A stretch of DNA of 64,000 nt from Lophium mytilinum (Eukaryota): positions 2,418,001 through 2,482,000 of the forward strand of contig MU004181.1 in assembly GCA_010093605.1 (NCBI GenBank), written 5' to 3'. Made by a program: the position numbers and the translations under genes. Positions 13,959 through 26,628 of this stretch are shown here, piece by piece. Under the pieces are notes generated by a model. It was not told the origin of the DNA. It was given only the letters and a program-made list of their open reading frames with translations, and made no database searches. Position 1 is the first letter of the stretch, and each line of letters starts with the position of its first letter.

Positions 13959-14322
13959 ATGAACTCCACCCGTGTCTTCCGCCCGCTCGCAAGGGCCGTT
14001 CAGCGCCAGCCGGGCATGCTGCACGCCTCAGCAATGGTCCGCCCTACTCTGGCCGCCACCCAGATCAAGACGAAGCAGACCGAGACTGCAGCCAAGCCAC
14101 AGGGACTGGTATGTAATTCACGAGCCGATGAAGCCGGGTACGGCTAACAAATTGCAGATGATGTACCGCGCGGCGATGCCCCAGCTCGTCCCCTTCTTCT
14201 TCGTCAACGAGACCACCGTTGCCTTCATTGCGCTCCCCGCCCTCATCTACGTCTTCTCCAAGTACGTTCTACCAGCGAAGGTCCGCACCCAGGCTGCGCG
14301 TCTGTTCATCAGCAAGCTATAA
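13959..14322 (+). CDS. atp8: Nucleus-encoded mitochondrial ATP synthase F0 subunit 8 with N-terminal targeting presequence
   Basis: Exon 1 13959-14108 (MNSTRVFRPLARAVQRQ...QGL), intron 14109-14157 (GTATGT...GCTAAC...CAG), exon 2 14158-14322 encoding MMYRAA followed by the 48-aa MPQLVPFFFVNETTVAFIALPALIYVFSKYVLPAKVRTQAARLFISKL, which has the fungal Atp8 MPQLVPF start, SKYxLP and FISKL end. A 5'UTR intron lies at 13875-13950. Confidence 0.9.
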
Positions 14323-14792
14323 GCATCGGATGGATATCAATGGGCGACTTAGTGAAGGAATAAGGGAGATATCTTTGCGGGTAGCAGCGGGTGTTGATTG
14401 TATATAAGGTCCTTTAGCTGGGCTAGACTTGCGTCAAGAATCAAGCTTTGGTTGAATCTATCTTCAACAGTATTATTGAGTGGTTTATGATCCGATTAAG
14501 ATATTCGCAAGCTACTGAATACTCCGCGCATTTCTCGAAAGCAGGTCTCGTGATAGCGGAAGGCGTCTGGTGTGAGCAGCTACTGCCAAAATTCTCTGTA
14601 AGTCATTACTGATTACCTAGGTATAGACTTCTGGACGTTACTCTCATACGCCATCCATCCGAGTTCATCCCAATCGCTCAATCCAACAATATCCCAACTA
14701 CTCTCGCCGTCGCTCTACTCATCAATATTTCAAACGATCGCGGAATAACCACTTCTTTTCCTTTTGCAGCGGCCTCTCCAAGGACAACCACC

Positions 14793-15263
14793 ATGTCCTC
14801 CTTATCCTTCCACTTCCGACGTCTCATCGCCCACCCAGCACTCCAGCTCTTCCTCGATGCCACACTACCCTCGCCCCGCGTTTCTTCCATCATTCTGTGG
14901 CTCTTATTCGGCATCGCCGGCGCCATGGCTGCAAGAACCATCCGCGCCAGACGCGAGCTCGGAAAGAGAAGGTCACGACTCCCAGACCGCATACCGGGCC
15001 CTATTGACAGAACTTCCGTGCTTCAGATTCTACATCTTTATCTCCGACCTTTCGAGACGACTATTTGGGCTAGGAGGTATGTTGAAAAACTGTTATGCTT
15101 TGAGGGATGATCGGCTAACCGAGCAAGGCTAAAACGATTCTTCTTCCCGCGGCTGAGCCATAACAGACCTAATTTTAGTGGCGATGAGGGATGGGAGGGG
15201 GTAGACGATTGTGTCGTTAGGGCGCGATTTGTCTTGTTCTGGTGGCATGATAGGAAATGGTGA
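14793..15263 (+). CDS. Small hypothetical single-TM protein
   Basis: ATG 14793, hydrophobic IILWLLFGIAGAMAA segment followed by a basic stretch; putative intron 15077-15127 (GTATGT...GCTAAC...AAG) restores an open frame to TGA at 15261-15263. Confidence 0.45.
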
Positions 15264-16336
15264 CAAGACAGAAACGAGATTGAGTGATATTGGATGTTAT
15301 TGGCTGTTGATAGGCTTGGTTGGGCCTTTGGCGTATTCGATATTCCGGCGTTCTGCGGAGGCAGATGGCGCTGCTAGGAGTTCACTGTTCAATGAGGGTT
15401 TGGAGACGTGTCACCGTTCAGCGTCATATTGCTATCAAAATGCATTGCCAGAGCCAATGGCCATTCAATTGACTTGTCAGAGCAGTTACAGTAGTGAGTA
15501 CTATTCGAGGCTCTCTTACTCACTTGGTAGGAGGCAGTCCAAGCGTACTCATTCAATCCCATAGCGTACTTGTAAGTACCGCTGGGATTTGCGGTCATCG
15601 TAGTCCAGATGTGTGATCACTAGTGAATATGTAGATACTCAACACTAGATGGGTACCAAAATGCCAGTGTTCTGGTCCGTATAGTAGTGCTACAGGCTTA
15701 TTATCTCGGACTAGCGGAAACTCGACAGGCTACTTCTAGAAACTTGGGCCAACAGCTTTTACTTCTAATGTGCATAGACCCATCTACCTATGTCTAATAA
15801 TACAATGAAGCACTCTAAACAGTAGTAGCAGACAACTCACTCCTCCATGCCGAGTCATTACAAGTCGGCTATTCGGTAGAACACGACCTTAGACTTTTGC
15901 ATGAACTTCGGACTAATTTCGCCAACGTATAAAAAGTTCATCAAGTGCGACCCGGCTGTCTGTTTATACGAATGTTGTGATACCAAACCCCGCATCATTT
16001 GTTGCCCTGTTGTTGTTCAGTCGGCCCATCCCGAAGTTAACGTCTCGTATGCATGTGCCCCGTTTCCGAACCGACTCATGGGTCAAACTCACTTACTCTA
16101 GGATATCTGGCCCAGCCTGAAACGAGTTAAAACCGCCGTTGCACTTTATTAAAGTAGGCAGGTACGGCAAAGCAAATCCGAGAAAGTAGATAAGTACTGG
16201 CACACGAAGCTAGTTGGTAGAGAAAAAACAAAAGTCAATTCTACTCGAAGCAACTATATCGACGTTCTCAATTCGAGATTACAACACTTCTTCAACCTCG
16301 AGATCCCGGGACCAATCAATTACCAGCAACCGGACC

Positions 16337-17083
16337 ATGGGCAGACTAGACGGAAAAGTGGCCATGGTCACCGGCGCCGGCCAAGGAATGGGAGCAGCGC
16401 ATGCCCGCAGAATAGCGTCTGAAGGCGCAAAAGTCGTCCTGACAGACATCGACGCCGCCCGCGGCTCTCAAGTTGCCAAAGAAATCGGCCCAAACGCGCT
16501 TTTCGTCCAGCACGACGTCGCGTCTATGAGCGACTGGACCCGGGTGGTAGCCGAGGCAGAAAAAGCCTTTGGACCGGTGACAGTCCTAGTGAACAACGCC
16601 GGCATACTGGGCCCGGTAAAGAACATTATCGATTTGTCTGTAGACGAGTACATGAAGGTTGTGGCGGTGAACCAGCACTCGCAGTTCTACGGCATGAAGG
16701 CTGTTGTCCCGGGCATGAAGGCGGCGGGTGGGGGCAGCATTATCAACATCTCTTCCATTGCGGGACTGGTTGCGTCGGTTGGGGCGCCGAGTATTGCGTA
16801 TGTGGGGAGCAAGTTTGCCAGTAGGGGTATGACGAAGCAGATTGCGGTGGAGTTTGGTCCCGACAAGATCAGAGTGAACTCGATACATCCGGGATATATC
16901 AAGACGCAGATGATGGAGGCTGCAACGGATAAGGAGGGTGGAGGTATCGCGAGTGGGTTGGCCTTGAGGAGGATGGCGGAGCCCGATGAGGTGAGCAAGG
17001 TGGTGGTATTCCTAGCTAGCGATGATGCTAGCTATGTGACTGGTGTCGAGCATCCTGTAGATGGAGGGTTTACAGCGGTTTGA
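16337..17083 (+). CDS. Classical short-chain dehydrogenase/reductase (3-alpha(20-beta)-HSD / glucose-1-dehydrogenase-like)
   Basis: [19 protein letters not shown] (TGxxxGxG), LVNNAG, INISS, YVGSK (YxxxK), IRVNSIHPG and [13 protein letters not shown]; intronless. Confidence 0.9.
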   Translation: MGRLDGKVAMVTGAGQGMGAAHARRIASEGAKVVLTDIDAARGSQVAKEIGPNALFVQHDVASMSDWTRVVAEAEKAFGPVTVLVNNAGILGPVKNIIDLSVDEYMKVVAVNQHSQFYGMKAVVPGMKAAGGGSIINISSIAGLVASVGAPSIAYVGSKFASRGMTKQIAVEFGPDKIRVNSIHPGYIKTQMMEAATDKEGGGIASGLALRRMAEPDEVSKVVVFLASDDASYVTGVEHPVDGGFTAV

Positions 17084-17594
17084 GGGCATCACATGTCTTA
17101 GAAGATGAAACACTTGAACAGTCTACGATTGGAAAGGGATCTCAGCTAAAGGAGAGAGGACGTAGGAAACATCGTCATTGTCGAAGGCCTGGTTTTGAGA
17201 GCGTGATCTGAGTGACAGACTTGACCCTGAACTATGAACTTCAAAAAAAGAGTGATGAGTTTAGCGAGGTGGGTGATGAACTTGACAACCATTTCGAGGC
17301 AGTGGACCAATGACTAGTCGCCCCGCAGGGCAGAGAGGCAGCTGCAATTCAATATGCCTCGCATGCACAAATGGGTACACTATAAATCCTACACATGGCC
17401 TTACTGAGGTAAGAAAAAAATCGTCCGTTTAATACATGATATCCCTAAAAACTGGTGTATTTCAATCCCTCAGCGATCTTCTAATGCCCATAGGAAACAG
17501 TCCAGCATATAAAAACCCCATCCGAAATAATTCGCCGACCCCTTGCCCTCCTTCATTCTTCTTGACCACCTGAAGGGATCATTTTTCCTCAGGC

Positions 17595-17846
17595 CTAACG
17601 TCCGTTGTAGTATTTCTTCTCATCTTCCGGGTAGCGGTTTTGCGGAGGTGCCTCTTGATAGTATCGTTGCGGAGGCGCTTCTTGATAGTATCGTTGTGGA
17701 GTATATTCTGGCTCGCGGCCTGTCCGACGAACAGGCTCCTCGTAGCGCGGAGGTGGAGGCGGAGGTGGATTGCTCTCTTTGGAGGAGGAGCTTTTGCCAA
17801 GTTTGTAGGCACCGAGGCCGAGGAGACCGAACTTAAGCTTGGTCAT
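17595..17846 (-). CDS. Small hypothetical Pro/Tyr-rich protein with a 9-aa tandem repeat
   Basis: 83-aa ORF with poly-Pro and a PQRYYQEAP repeat (27-nt period, frame-preserving); TATA-like CATATATA about 40 nt upstream on the minus strand. Confidence 0.4.
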   Translation of the reverse strand: MTKLKFGLLGLGAYKLGKSSSSKESNPPPPPPPRYEEPVRRTGREPEYTPQRYYQEAPPQRYYQEAPPQNRYPEDEKKYYNGR

Positions 17847-19229
17847 ATTTGGTAAGGCAAAGCGAGGCGGTTGGGTTGAATATATATGTAGTGGGCCGTG
17901 GGTTTTGGTTTCAATATGAAATTGTGATTTGTGAGGCGGAGGTCAAGCTTTAGATCGTATAGCTGCTGATGTGTTAATGAAAGGGAGGATGGTCAGTCTT
18001 CTTATAGAGAATGAGGGTCCGTAGAGTCCTTGGAACGCGTTGCATGATGCCGCGCGGATCCCGAATACGTAGGGCTGTGAGGGGTCGATCATGATGGCTG
18101 AAGACCACTGCGGCGTGTTCCAACGTCACCAAAAGTCGATGCTCAATAGTCGTCGCATTCGCTCCATGTTCATTGGGCTGATGATCCGTTGAGGCAGTGC
18201 TGCTGTTTGAAAGAACAAGGAACGGACTTTGGACGTCGGAGAGCACGGTGAGACTCGCCGGACGACCAATCAGGGGCGATTACCAGTTTGGAGCAGTGCC
18301 ACGAAAACACAACATCGACATCGCCTCTATAGTACATGCCATTAACGTCTAGAGGCTCAAGGTTCATACGTCTGGAAATTTAACGCTCGTTGCTAAACCC
18401 TCCCTAAGAGTTTGACTTGTTTATCAAGGCAGAGCATCTAAAGGTAGGAAACTTCACTACCGGCCTTTCTTCCAACTCTACAAGTAACTATCGATGTCTG
18501 GTTTCATCAGCATGCTGTCTCCCCGAACTCACACGCCTTGTCCAGAGAACACATCGTTGTATACCTGGACTTGGTGAATCTCCTAGCCCTCAACATCAAA
18601 TCTTACTATTCACTACAGCCTTCTCAAGATCGTCAATATGTCGCTCCGCGCGGGTCCATCATCCGAAGTATCTATGGGTTCACTCAAAGCTTCTCACTTT
18701 GATAGCCGCGACGTTGTATATTTCGGTCTGTGGTCAGGCGATGCGGTAAGATTGCTCCAATCCCATAGACATATCTGACAGCGTAAAAGAGCAGCGATTG
18801 ATGATATGCTTATTGGCTAGCCAAGTAAAGTTGGCGTGGATCGGCTTGAGTGTCATTGTAAGACGACACTGGAAGAGCTGCACAGCCTTCAATCAGGCGT
18901 TGACACATGGCGTAGAGTAAGAGGTCCCACGTCAAGACACAGGTCTACCCGTGAAGTTGGAAAATCATCGACTCCATTTGCGGGTAGAGTTGCGTTCTTA
19001 TGCGAAGCAACAACACAGTTCAGGTCTTTAGCCACATGAAACATGAATAGGGTCATAGTGCTGATCGTTCGGAATGCACACAGAAGTCACTGAATGAAGT
19101 TTGACAGGGAGAGGGTATGAAACCATGCATAACAAGGAAGTTTTAAGAAACAGCTTAGCCCGATGGATCAACTTGCTTAGTCTTTACCTATGATGCCCGA
19201 GGGAGCTGACATTGAATAACAACTAGACC

Positions 19230-20595
19230 CTACGACATGTAGAGCGAGAAATTAGTGCCCTTCCATCCATCCAAGTAGAGCGCGTCCTCCAAAGCGATTA
19301 TGCTCATGGATTGGCGGAAAAAGCTATTCACCGGGTTGTTCGAACCGCGCAATTCGAGAGACGCGCCTGCGTTAGCTACAACCTTCTCCGCATACGCTGC
19401 TCGTAGGGCTCTGAGAGCCATCTTCCGGCCATGACGAGACATTCCTTTGGGGAGATTGCCAAGATGTGGGGTCGTCGTTACGGTAGTCTTGCCAACTCGC
19501 ATGTCCGCGATGCGTTGCTCCATCCGCTTGACGGGCCCGATATCGTCTTGTCCATCACTTACCCTCAGTTCAGCTGTATTTCTCGCCAACATCTCCATAT
19601 CATCGCCGGTCTTTGTAGAATCCGCTACCTTTGACAAGACTTCAAGGTAGGTCATCAGCGTATGTGCTGTTCCAATCTGCGTATCACTCATTTCAGGGAT
19701 GTCTTCGTCCACTGTGGGATACATGGCACAATATTTCTCCCGCGCTGTAAAGAATCCAGGATTGTGCATGTTCTCGAACACGGCGTCGCGAAAAGCTCCT
19801 AAGAGAGGTGATACGTCAAGCCCGAGACGTTGCTTCGCAAACGCAAACATTGCCCACCATAGACCGTGAAAGGTACGGAAGGAACGTTTGCCATTAAGAT
19901 CGCCGAAGTGGATCATGCGAGTTGTTTGAGGATCTTGGCCCTTGTAGACGTTGAAGCGTTCAAGCAGCGCTCGGAGTCGTATCTCATTGTTGGCAACATA
20001 GTATTGGAATGTGCAATCGGGAGGTGACCTGAATGATCAAGCATTTCGCATTTAGCCTGGACTGGGTTGGCAAGATATAGTTTGCTTACAGGTAGCCATG
20101 CTCGCATAGCTCTTTGAAGTGGATTTCCTCCCTGTTGTGATTATGTGTGTCAATGCCGTTTGTAGGTACGAGAGACGCAAGTGTTCCTACTCCGACAGCT
20201 GGTATAGGGTTATGGGCAAGTTCCTCGTCGCATCAATCAGAATCTCTCTCCATCTCCTCTCTGCCACTTCCTCCTTTTGCTCCTCGTCGTGTTGTGTTAG
20301 TGCCCTGCCGCGCCTGTTTCCGCGACGCTCCATTACACGGTCTGGTGCCCCGGCCAAAGCAAGCCGAGGGATCGGGGTGGTGTGAATAAGAGTGGAAGCG
20401 GTTGAGCGAGACGAAGAGCTGTAAAGAAGATGAGGTAGGTGTTTTGAAATTGCGAATGGAGGTCACGTGGAAAGGCAGCAAACCAGGCTTTCGTTTGGGT
20501 ATCGTTGCTCTCGTAGTTGAGATCTGCACCTCCTCTTCCACCACTATCTTAGTCAGTTCAGCAAGATTACTTTTTACCAGAGCAATCTCGTTCAT
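19230..20595 (-). pseudogene. Hypothetical gene whose upstream part is interrupted by stops; possible pseudogene
   Basis: The 228-aa ORF (19230-19916) extends upstream in frame to a plausible intron (about 20030-20089, GTAAGC...CAG), but both candidate upstream frames contain an in-frame stop (TGA at 20233-20235 or TAG at about 20187). Confidence 0.35.
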
Positions 20596-21315
20596 AATTA
20601 TGAAAGCGCATCAAGGCTCTCTAGGTGGCAGCAGAGGCGCGCACGAAGATCTGTGACAAGGTATGTAAATCGCAAAAATGACCCGAATTACCTGGAAAAG
20701 GGCTGTGATAGTCAATCATCTGTTCCCTGCCTCTCGCTCACCATGTACAATGCAACTACTAACGTACTTACGGCCACCTCTTCCGCTAGAACGCATGGAA
20801 GCATCCAGTGCTGAAGAAGCTGCTGTCCATAAGGGAAGGCAGGTTTACAGCCCGCATCATCTTGATATACTGGGACTGAAACTATGCACTTAAGTTATGG
20901 GACAACATAATATCAAGCTTCTCGTAGAAAGGAGGAACAGGCCATATGGGGTTCTTTTCAAGTTGGCGGGCGCGGGAATGGTGGTGAAATAGCTTTGTAC
21001 ACTGTTACAGACAGTTTCACGCTCTTCCAGCTAATGTCCTGAGACGTTGAAATAGTTGCTTCTTCTTTTTGTTTTGTGAGACGGCAGATGATGAGGTTGA
21101 GATGAAACCGTGCCAAGACTGGGGATAATTTAGCAGATCCCTGCACATTTTCTCCCTCGCGTCTGACTTCACCCGTCGACGCGCGACAAGACTCGAAAAT
21201 CTTCCCAGCATACCGCCTCACCCTTGTGTCGACCAGCCCTCACCTATCCTCATTTGCACTGCTGTGACCCTTCTCCAGCTTCTCGACCTCCGTACTCCAC
21301 CCCGACGCCCTCGCC

Positions 21316-22655
21316 ATGGGCTCCCGACTGCACAACGCCCCCATTGTCCTGGATAATGGCAGCGGGACAATTCGGGCTGGGTTCGCGGGACAAGATGTAC
21401 CGAAATGCTACTTCCCATCATACGTTGGGCGCCCGAAACATGTGCGGACAATGGCAGGCGCATTGGAAGGCGATGTCTTCATCGGACCCCAGGCACAGCA
21501 ATATAAGGGGCTATTCAAGATCAACTACCCACTAGAGCACGGCATAGTCACAGACTGGGACGACATGGAGCGGATATGGCAGTATGTCTACACAGAGGAG
21601 CTGAAGACAGTGAGCGAAGATGTATGTGTCTCTTAGCAACACCTAGATGTGGCTTGCGCCTCAAGGGGACCACTGAAGCTAATCAAAGCCCTGCGCTATG
21701 TTACAGCATCCCGTGCTGCTCACAGAACCGCCCCTCAATCCGCGAGAGAACCGCGACATGGCTGCCCAAATCCTCTTCGAAACCTTCAATGTGCCCGCGC
21801 TATATACCTCGGTTCAGGCCGTGCTCTCCCTCTACGCTTCCGGCAAGACAACAGGCATCGTTCTAGACTCTGGCGATGGCGTGTCCCACGCTGTCCCAGT
21901 CTTCCAAGGATTCGCCATTCCAAACAGTATCAGGAGAATAGATGTGGCAGGCAGAGACGTGACGGAGCATATGCAGCAACTGCTGAGGAAAAGCGGCAAA
22001 GTTTTCCACACCAGTGCGGAGAAAGAGACTGTCAAGCATCTCAAGGAGACGACCAGTTATGTTGCGCTGGACCCGGTGAAAGAGGAGAAGGAATGGTCGG
22101 GCAGCTCGGCAAGGACGGATGGGAAGAGCGTCGAGTACACGCTGCCCGACGGACAAAAACTAAAGGTGAGAGTCCAAGCAGTGTAACCTGCTCGAGCAGG
22201 TGCTGACACCGTGAAATTCAGATTGGCGCAGAGAGGTTCCGGGCTCCAGAGATTCTCTTCAATCCCGAGCTCATTGGCCTGGAGTACCCTGGCGTTCACC
22301 AGATCGTTGTTGACGCCATCAATCGGACGGACATGGACCTGCGGAAGGCCTTATTCGGAAACATTGTGCTGTCTGGAGGCTCCACACTCACCAAGGGCTT
22401 TGGAAATAGGCTGCTCAACGAAGTGCAACGGCTCGCAGTCAAGGATATGAGGATCAAAATCTTAGCGCCTCCTGAGAGGATATACACAACGTGGACCGGA
22501 GGCAGCATTCTCGCTGGCCTCAGCACTTTCAAGAAGGTCAGTTCCCCTGTGTCATGGACAGGGGCCCAGATGCAGCGGCTAACCGTGCGTAGATGTGGGT
22601 TGAGAAGGATGAATGGCAAGAGAACCCCGACATTATCCACACAAAATTTGCGTAG
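21316..22655 (+). CDS. ARP1: Actin-related protein 1 (centractin, dynactin filament)
   Basis: [101 protein letters not shown]; three introns; ends [20 protein letters not shown] then TAG at 22653-22655. Confidence 0.93.
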
Positions 22656-24188
22656 ATGCAGCATGGCTCCGCAATGTCGCAATTCGCCGCAAGCATTAGA
22701 TTCTTCTCCGCTTGTAGCCTTCCCGCCCCCGCAAACGCGACTTTGACACACTTTCGGGACAGCTGCAGGGCGAGTTGGTTGCGCTTTAGTCATGGAATCG
22801 GACAATCCGATCCGGGTAACGGAGAGCCACCGAAGCGGCTTTCCCGCAGCGGATCGACGTGTCATGGCGGCATATGGGCGCAAATCCTGAACGCCGCAGC
22901 GCGCTACATGTTGTTTATTTCCCCGCATGCTGACCGCACTTTCGATTGTTGTTACTAACTTCGCTGCTGGAAGGCTGGCTATTTGATGAGCGAGATGCGA
23001 GCAGGGCATTGCGTGCTGGAGTGCGTGCTGGAACGTGTGCTGAACTGCATTTATGGCGTTAGTCTGGCTGTTTCGTGGCATAAGGATACCCTATGGGAGC
23101 ATGTAATGATTCAGGACTGTTAATATTAGCTGAGCGCCGGCGTCGAGACTCGTGTTGCCAAGGATCGTGAGTTTTCTCAAGCTGGGGGCTAAAGGCGCCG
23201 TGCCCCGGCCAGGTGACGGTACCAGAAACAATAGCTGGGCGTAGCTTGCATAAGCGACGCGCTTTAGACGATTCTAGTCAGGTTCTCAGACGGCACTCCA
23301 GCCGCCTCCGCCTTGGACAGCTGTCGCGACGAGCTAAACAAGTCCTGTGACGGCCATCACGGCTCAGAATGACCAGCAAATGGTCACCGCCTGACGGGCC
23401 CAGCGCGTCGGCAGCCGAAGCAGGGCGCTCGCCGCTGGAATGCCCTGGCGGCGTCTGGAAGACCACCGACGGGCCTGACGCAGCAGTGCTGTTCCTGCGT
23501 CGGATCATCGACTGGACAGCAAAAGCAAAGGAGGCATCGCGAGAGCTCATGGCCCACCAAAAAACAGAGATTTGCGCAGATTAACGGCTAGGGCTGCACA
23601 ATAGTACCGCCGCGCGGTGTGGAGCGCCCAGAGCACGTTTTTCAAGCGCTGGGTTCCATCACAGGGAGGGATATTTCGAGTCGCCATTCTATTACCCCCA
23701 GGAAACTCCCGCCAGGCACCGAGGGCAGTCAGGTGGTGCTGCAGGCCCTCGCGCCGGCCAATGGGCGGCCGGCATTGACTAATTTAATGGGTGCTCATGC
23801 GTGGCGGCGCCAGGTTTTGGCCGCTTGCCGAGTTGCTTTGTTGGAATGATCATGCTTTCGCCTTGTAAATCCGTTAACTGCAAAGCGCCCTCAGCAGCTC
23901 TCATCGAATCTGAGCCAGTTTACTACGGCTGCTGTTGCGTGACACGCAATTTCTCCTCCGCTTTGTGTCATGATTATTCAACGCAAAAATTTCACGATGC
24001 CCTCCGCTACTATAAGACCCGTCACTGACCCGCCATTGATGCAGCACATAACATTCAGACTCACATCCACCTGAAGCAGACACCAGTCTTCATACCCTAC
24101 TCGATCAAACTCCCTCAAAGCAATTCAAGTAGCCATTCTTCTACAAATTTCAACTCCTCCACATATCATCAACCCTCAAAACATCAAC

Positions 24189-24647
24189 ATGTCATCCTAC
24201 CAGATCACCGAGCCGCACCCATCTGTTCCTGCTAGCAACTACTACCATGCCGGCAGAGGAGGCGCAGGAAACGTCACTCGCGTCAACCCCAAGAGCGTCA
24301 CCGCCGGCCCTGATGCCACCGGCCCTGCCAGCGTCGTCAAGATCGCTCCTCCACCACAAAACGCCTACTTCATGAGCGGACGTGGCGGTGCCGGCAACCT
24401 GCACCGCGAGAAGGAACGCGCCATTTTCAGCTTCGACGAGGAGCTTGCCCAGCAACAGCGTCTGATGGAGCACGCTGCCCCCGTCTACCACATCGGCCGT
24501 GGCGGCGCCGGCAATCAAGTCTACGACGGCACTGCACGCACAAACTCGGCCAGCTCGACTTTGAGCGCAGACAGCCATGCCTCCCGAACCCGCACCAGCA
24601 TCGAGGGTGCGTGGCACCGCGTTAGCAAGAACTTCTCACGGAACTGA
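24189..24647 (+). CDS. DUF3602-like protein with three GRGGAGN repeats
   Basis: 152 aa with HAGRGGAGN, MSGRGGAGN and HIGRGGAGN plus SFDEEL; strong C-ending codon bias; TATAAG upstream at about 24011. Confidence 0.85.
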   Translation: MSSYQITEPHPSVPASNYYHAGRGGAGNVTRVNPKSVTAGPDATGPASVVKIAPPPQNAYFMSGRGGAGNLHREKERAIFSFDEELAQQQRLMEHAAPVYHIGRGGAGNQVYDGTARTNSASSTLSADSHASRTRTSIEGAWHRVSKNFSRN

Positions 24648-26628
24648 GAAATGAGCGCCTCTGCTCTTTGCTGACTGCATTTTCCTTTGGGCTGCATCTA
24701 CGGACTTTCTTATTATGCATTGCGAGCTGGTTCTGATTCTCGCATTCAAGCATGGTGTTGGGCGGCTATTCTGTTTTCTTCCGAGCTCCATATTTCTCGG
24801 GAGTCATCATCACTCTGTGTAAAACAACAAAAAGTGGTTTCGGTTTCATTTCATTTTAGCGATATCACAACCGGCGGAGGAGCTTCGGGAAGGGAAAGCT
24901 CCTTTCGTGACGAGGGCTGCAGCGACGAGCTGTTTCATTTTTGCATATTATACCACAACCAGCGGGCAGATATACCCACATACCCCGGTGAGGGCTCCAG
25001 AGAGACTCTGGAACATTCTTGATTTTTTGGGTTGGAGGCTTTAGGCTCGGGAGGATACTTTGGGAGGTAGCCTGCGACGATTATTGTCGTCGATAATGAA
25101 AAGCTTCTATGTCTTCAAATTCATCTTGATGCCATTTTGCGTGATACTGACGCCTTCAAAGTTATGCAGATGCAACCTTACACAAGCCATCATGGCAATC
25201 TTGCATCATATTGACAATTTCGAGACCATGGAGTTGACCTTCGCTACTGGAAATGGGAGTGATAAACCCCGCTGGACTACCCCAGATCTTCACAGCAAGA
25301 GAGGAATAGCCTGAACCCCCTAGAACTTCAAAGTCTAGTTTGCCCATCTCATCTCATCTCATCTCACCACACTCCGAATCACCTCTAACCACCAGACCTA
25401 GGGTAGACACGTAACTTATGGAATGGCGTGCAGCGAGTGACACCATCCAACAGGTCTCGCCACTCCCGCGCTGTGGCTGGTGTCGTGCATCGCAGAATTT
25501 TCTTTTCGGGTCGGCCCACTAAAAAGCTGGAAGCATCGCCGCACGACGTCACACATTGAGATTGTTTCTAAAAGCTATTCCCGCGGGCCGACTCTGAGGA
25601 CTCGGTAACCCGAGCCCGAGCTAATCCCGCCTGCGGCCATTGGTAAACATGAAACTGCTGTACTACATAGCAAAACTGAAGCTAACGGCCTTCTCTGTGC
25701 TGACAAAACGGTATCCTCTCTCGAGTCCATTCTGTCGGCATCTACGGTTAACCTGGGGCCTTTTGCTCTTTGTAATGCACCGAGTGGGATGCTGTGTTGT
25801 TCCGATTCTTCTTCATGATGTTCAGGGCGCATCAGTGCACGAATATCTCGCTGGGTTGGGCCTCGAGAAGCTGCTTCCTAATGCAAAGAGGGAACACGTA
25901 ATCCGAGGGCCTGAGTGCCATTGGATGTAGCTAAAGTCCTTCAGCTATAGGCTGTCAAGGATGTGCATCCTCTCCAACGTCTTTTAGGCACTTCGATCTC
26001 CAAACTAATGCCGCGAGCCTGCCGAGTTTCCAGCCTTATCTGCAGGTAGTCCGAGTGCGGTAATTGGTGTTTGGCCTAAAATTTAGGCTAGCATCTAAAA
26101 CTATAGATCCCCGCCCTGTTTTGCTACCAACCCGCCCTTATCATCACTCAAGCCTTTCCCGGAACCCTCGGCCACTCAAATGGAGCTAACATTACCCGTT
26201 CGATCTATCTTTCGCGTATCTAGATACACAAATACGAGACTACTAGTTTTAGAACCATATACGGGGGTTTTCATTCGTCTGTCCTCTCGAAAACGTGCAA
26301 CTGCCGGCCCCCGAGGAAGAAAATTTATACACGACACGTCATGTAGGGTATTCACACTTTTCTATTCCCATCAATCGTGACCCACTATTATGCAATCCCG
26401 TTGACCTGGGAAGTCTGTGAAACTGCCTCAGGCTCCGTACTCGGAAGGTCAACTACGGTGAACATCCACATGCTATTATTAAGCCCAAACATATATAAAT
26501 GGTGTCATTATCCTTTGATACTGCCCCATCACCATCTTTTAGCATCACAAGCCTCCACTCTTCTCAATTGACCAACGAACATCTAGTTCTCCCACACCCT
26601 GAATATCCTTCCCTCCAAATCCCCAAAA

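Noticed and set aside
14176..14322. atp8 interpreted as a NUMT
   Set aside because: GC-rich nuclear codon usage, an in-frame presequence and spliceosomal introns argue against a non-functional mtDNA insertion.
25345..25366. (CATCT)n microsatellite
   Set aside because: Only about four copies; an ordinary simple repeat.
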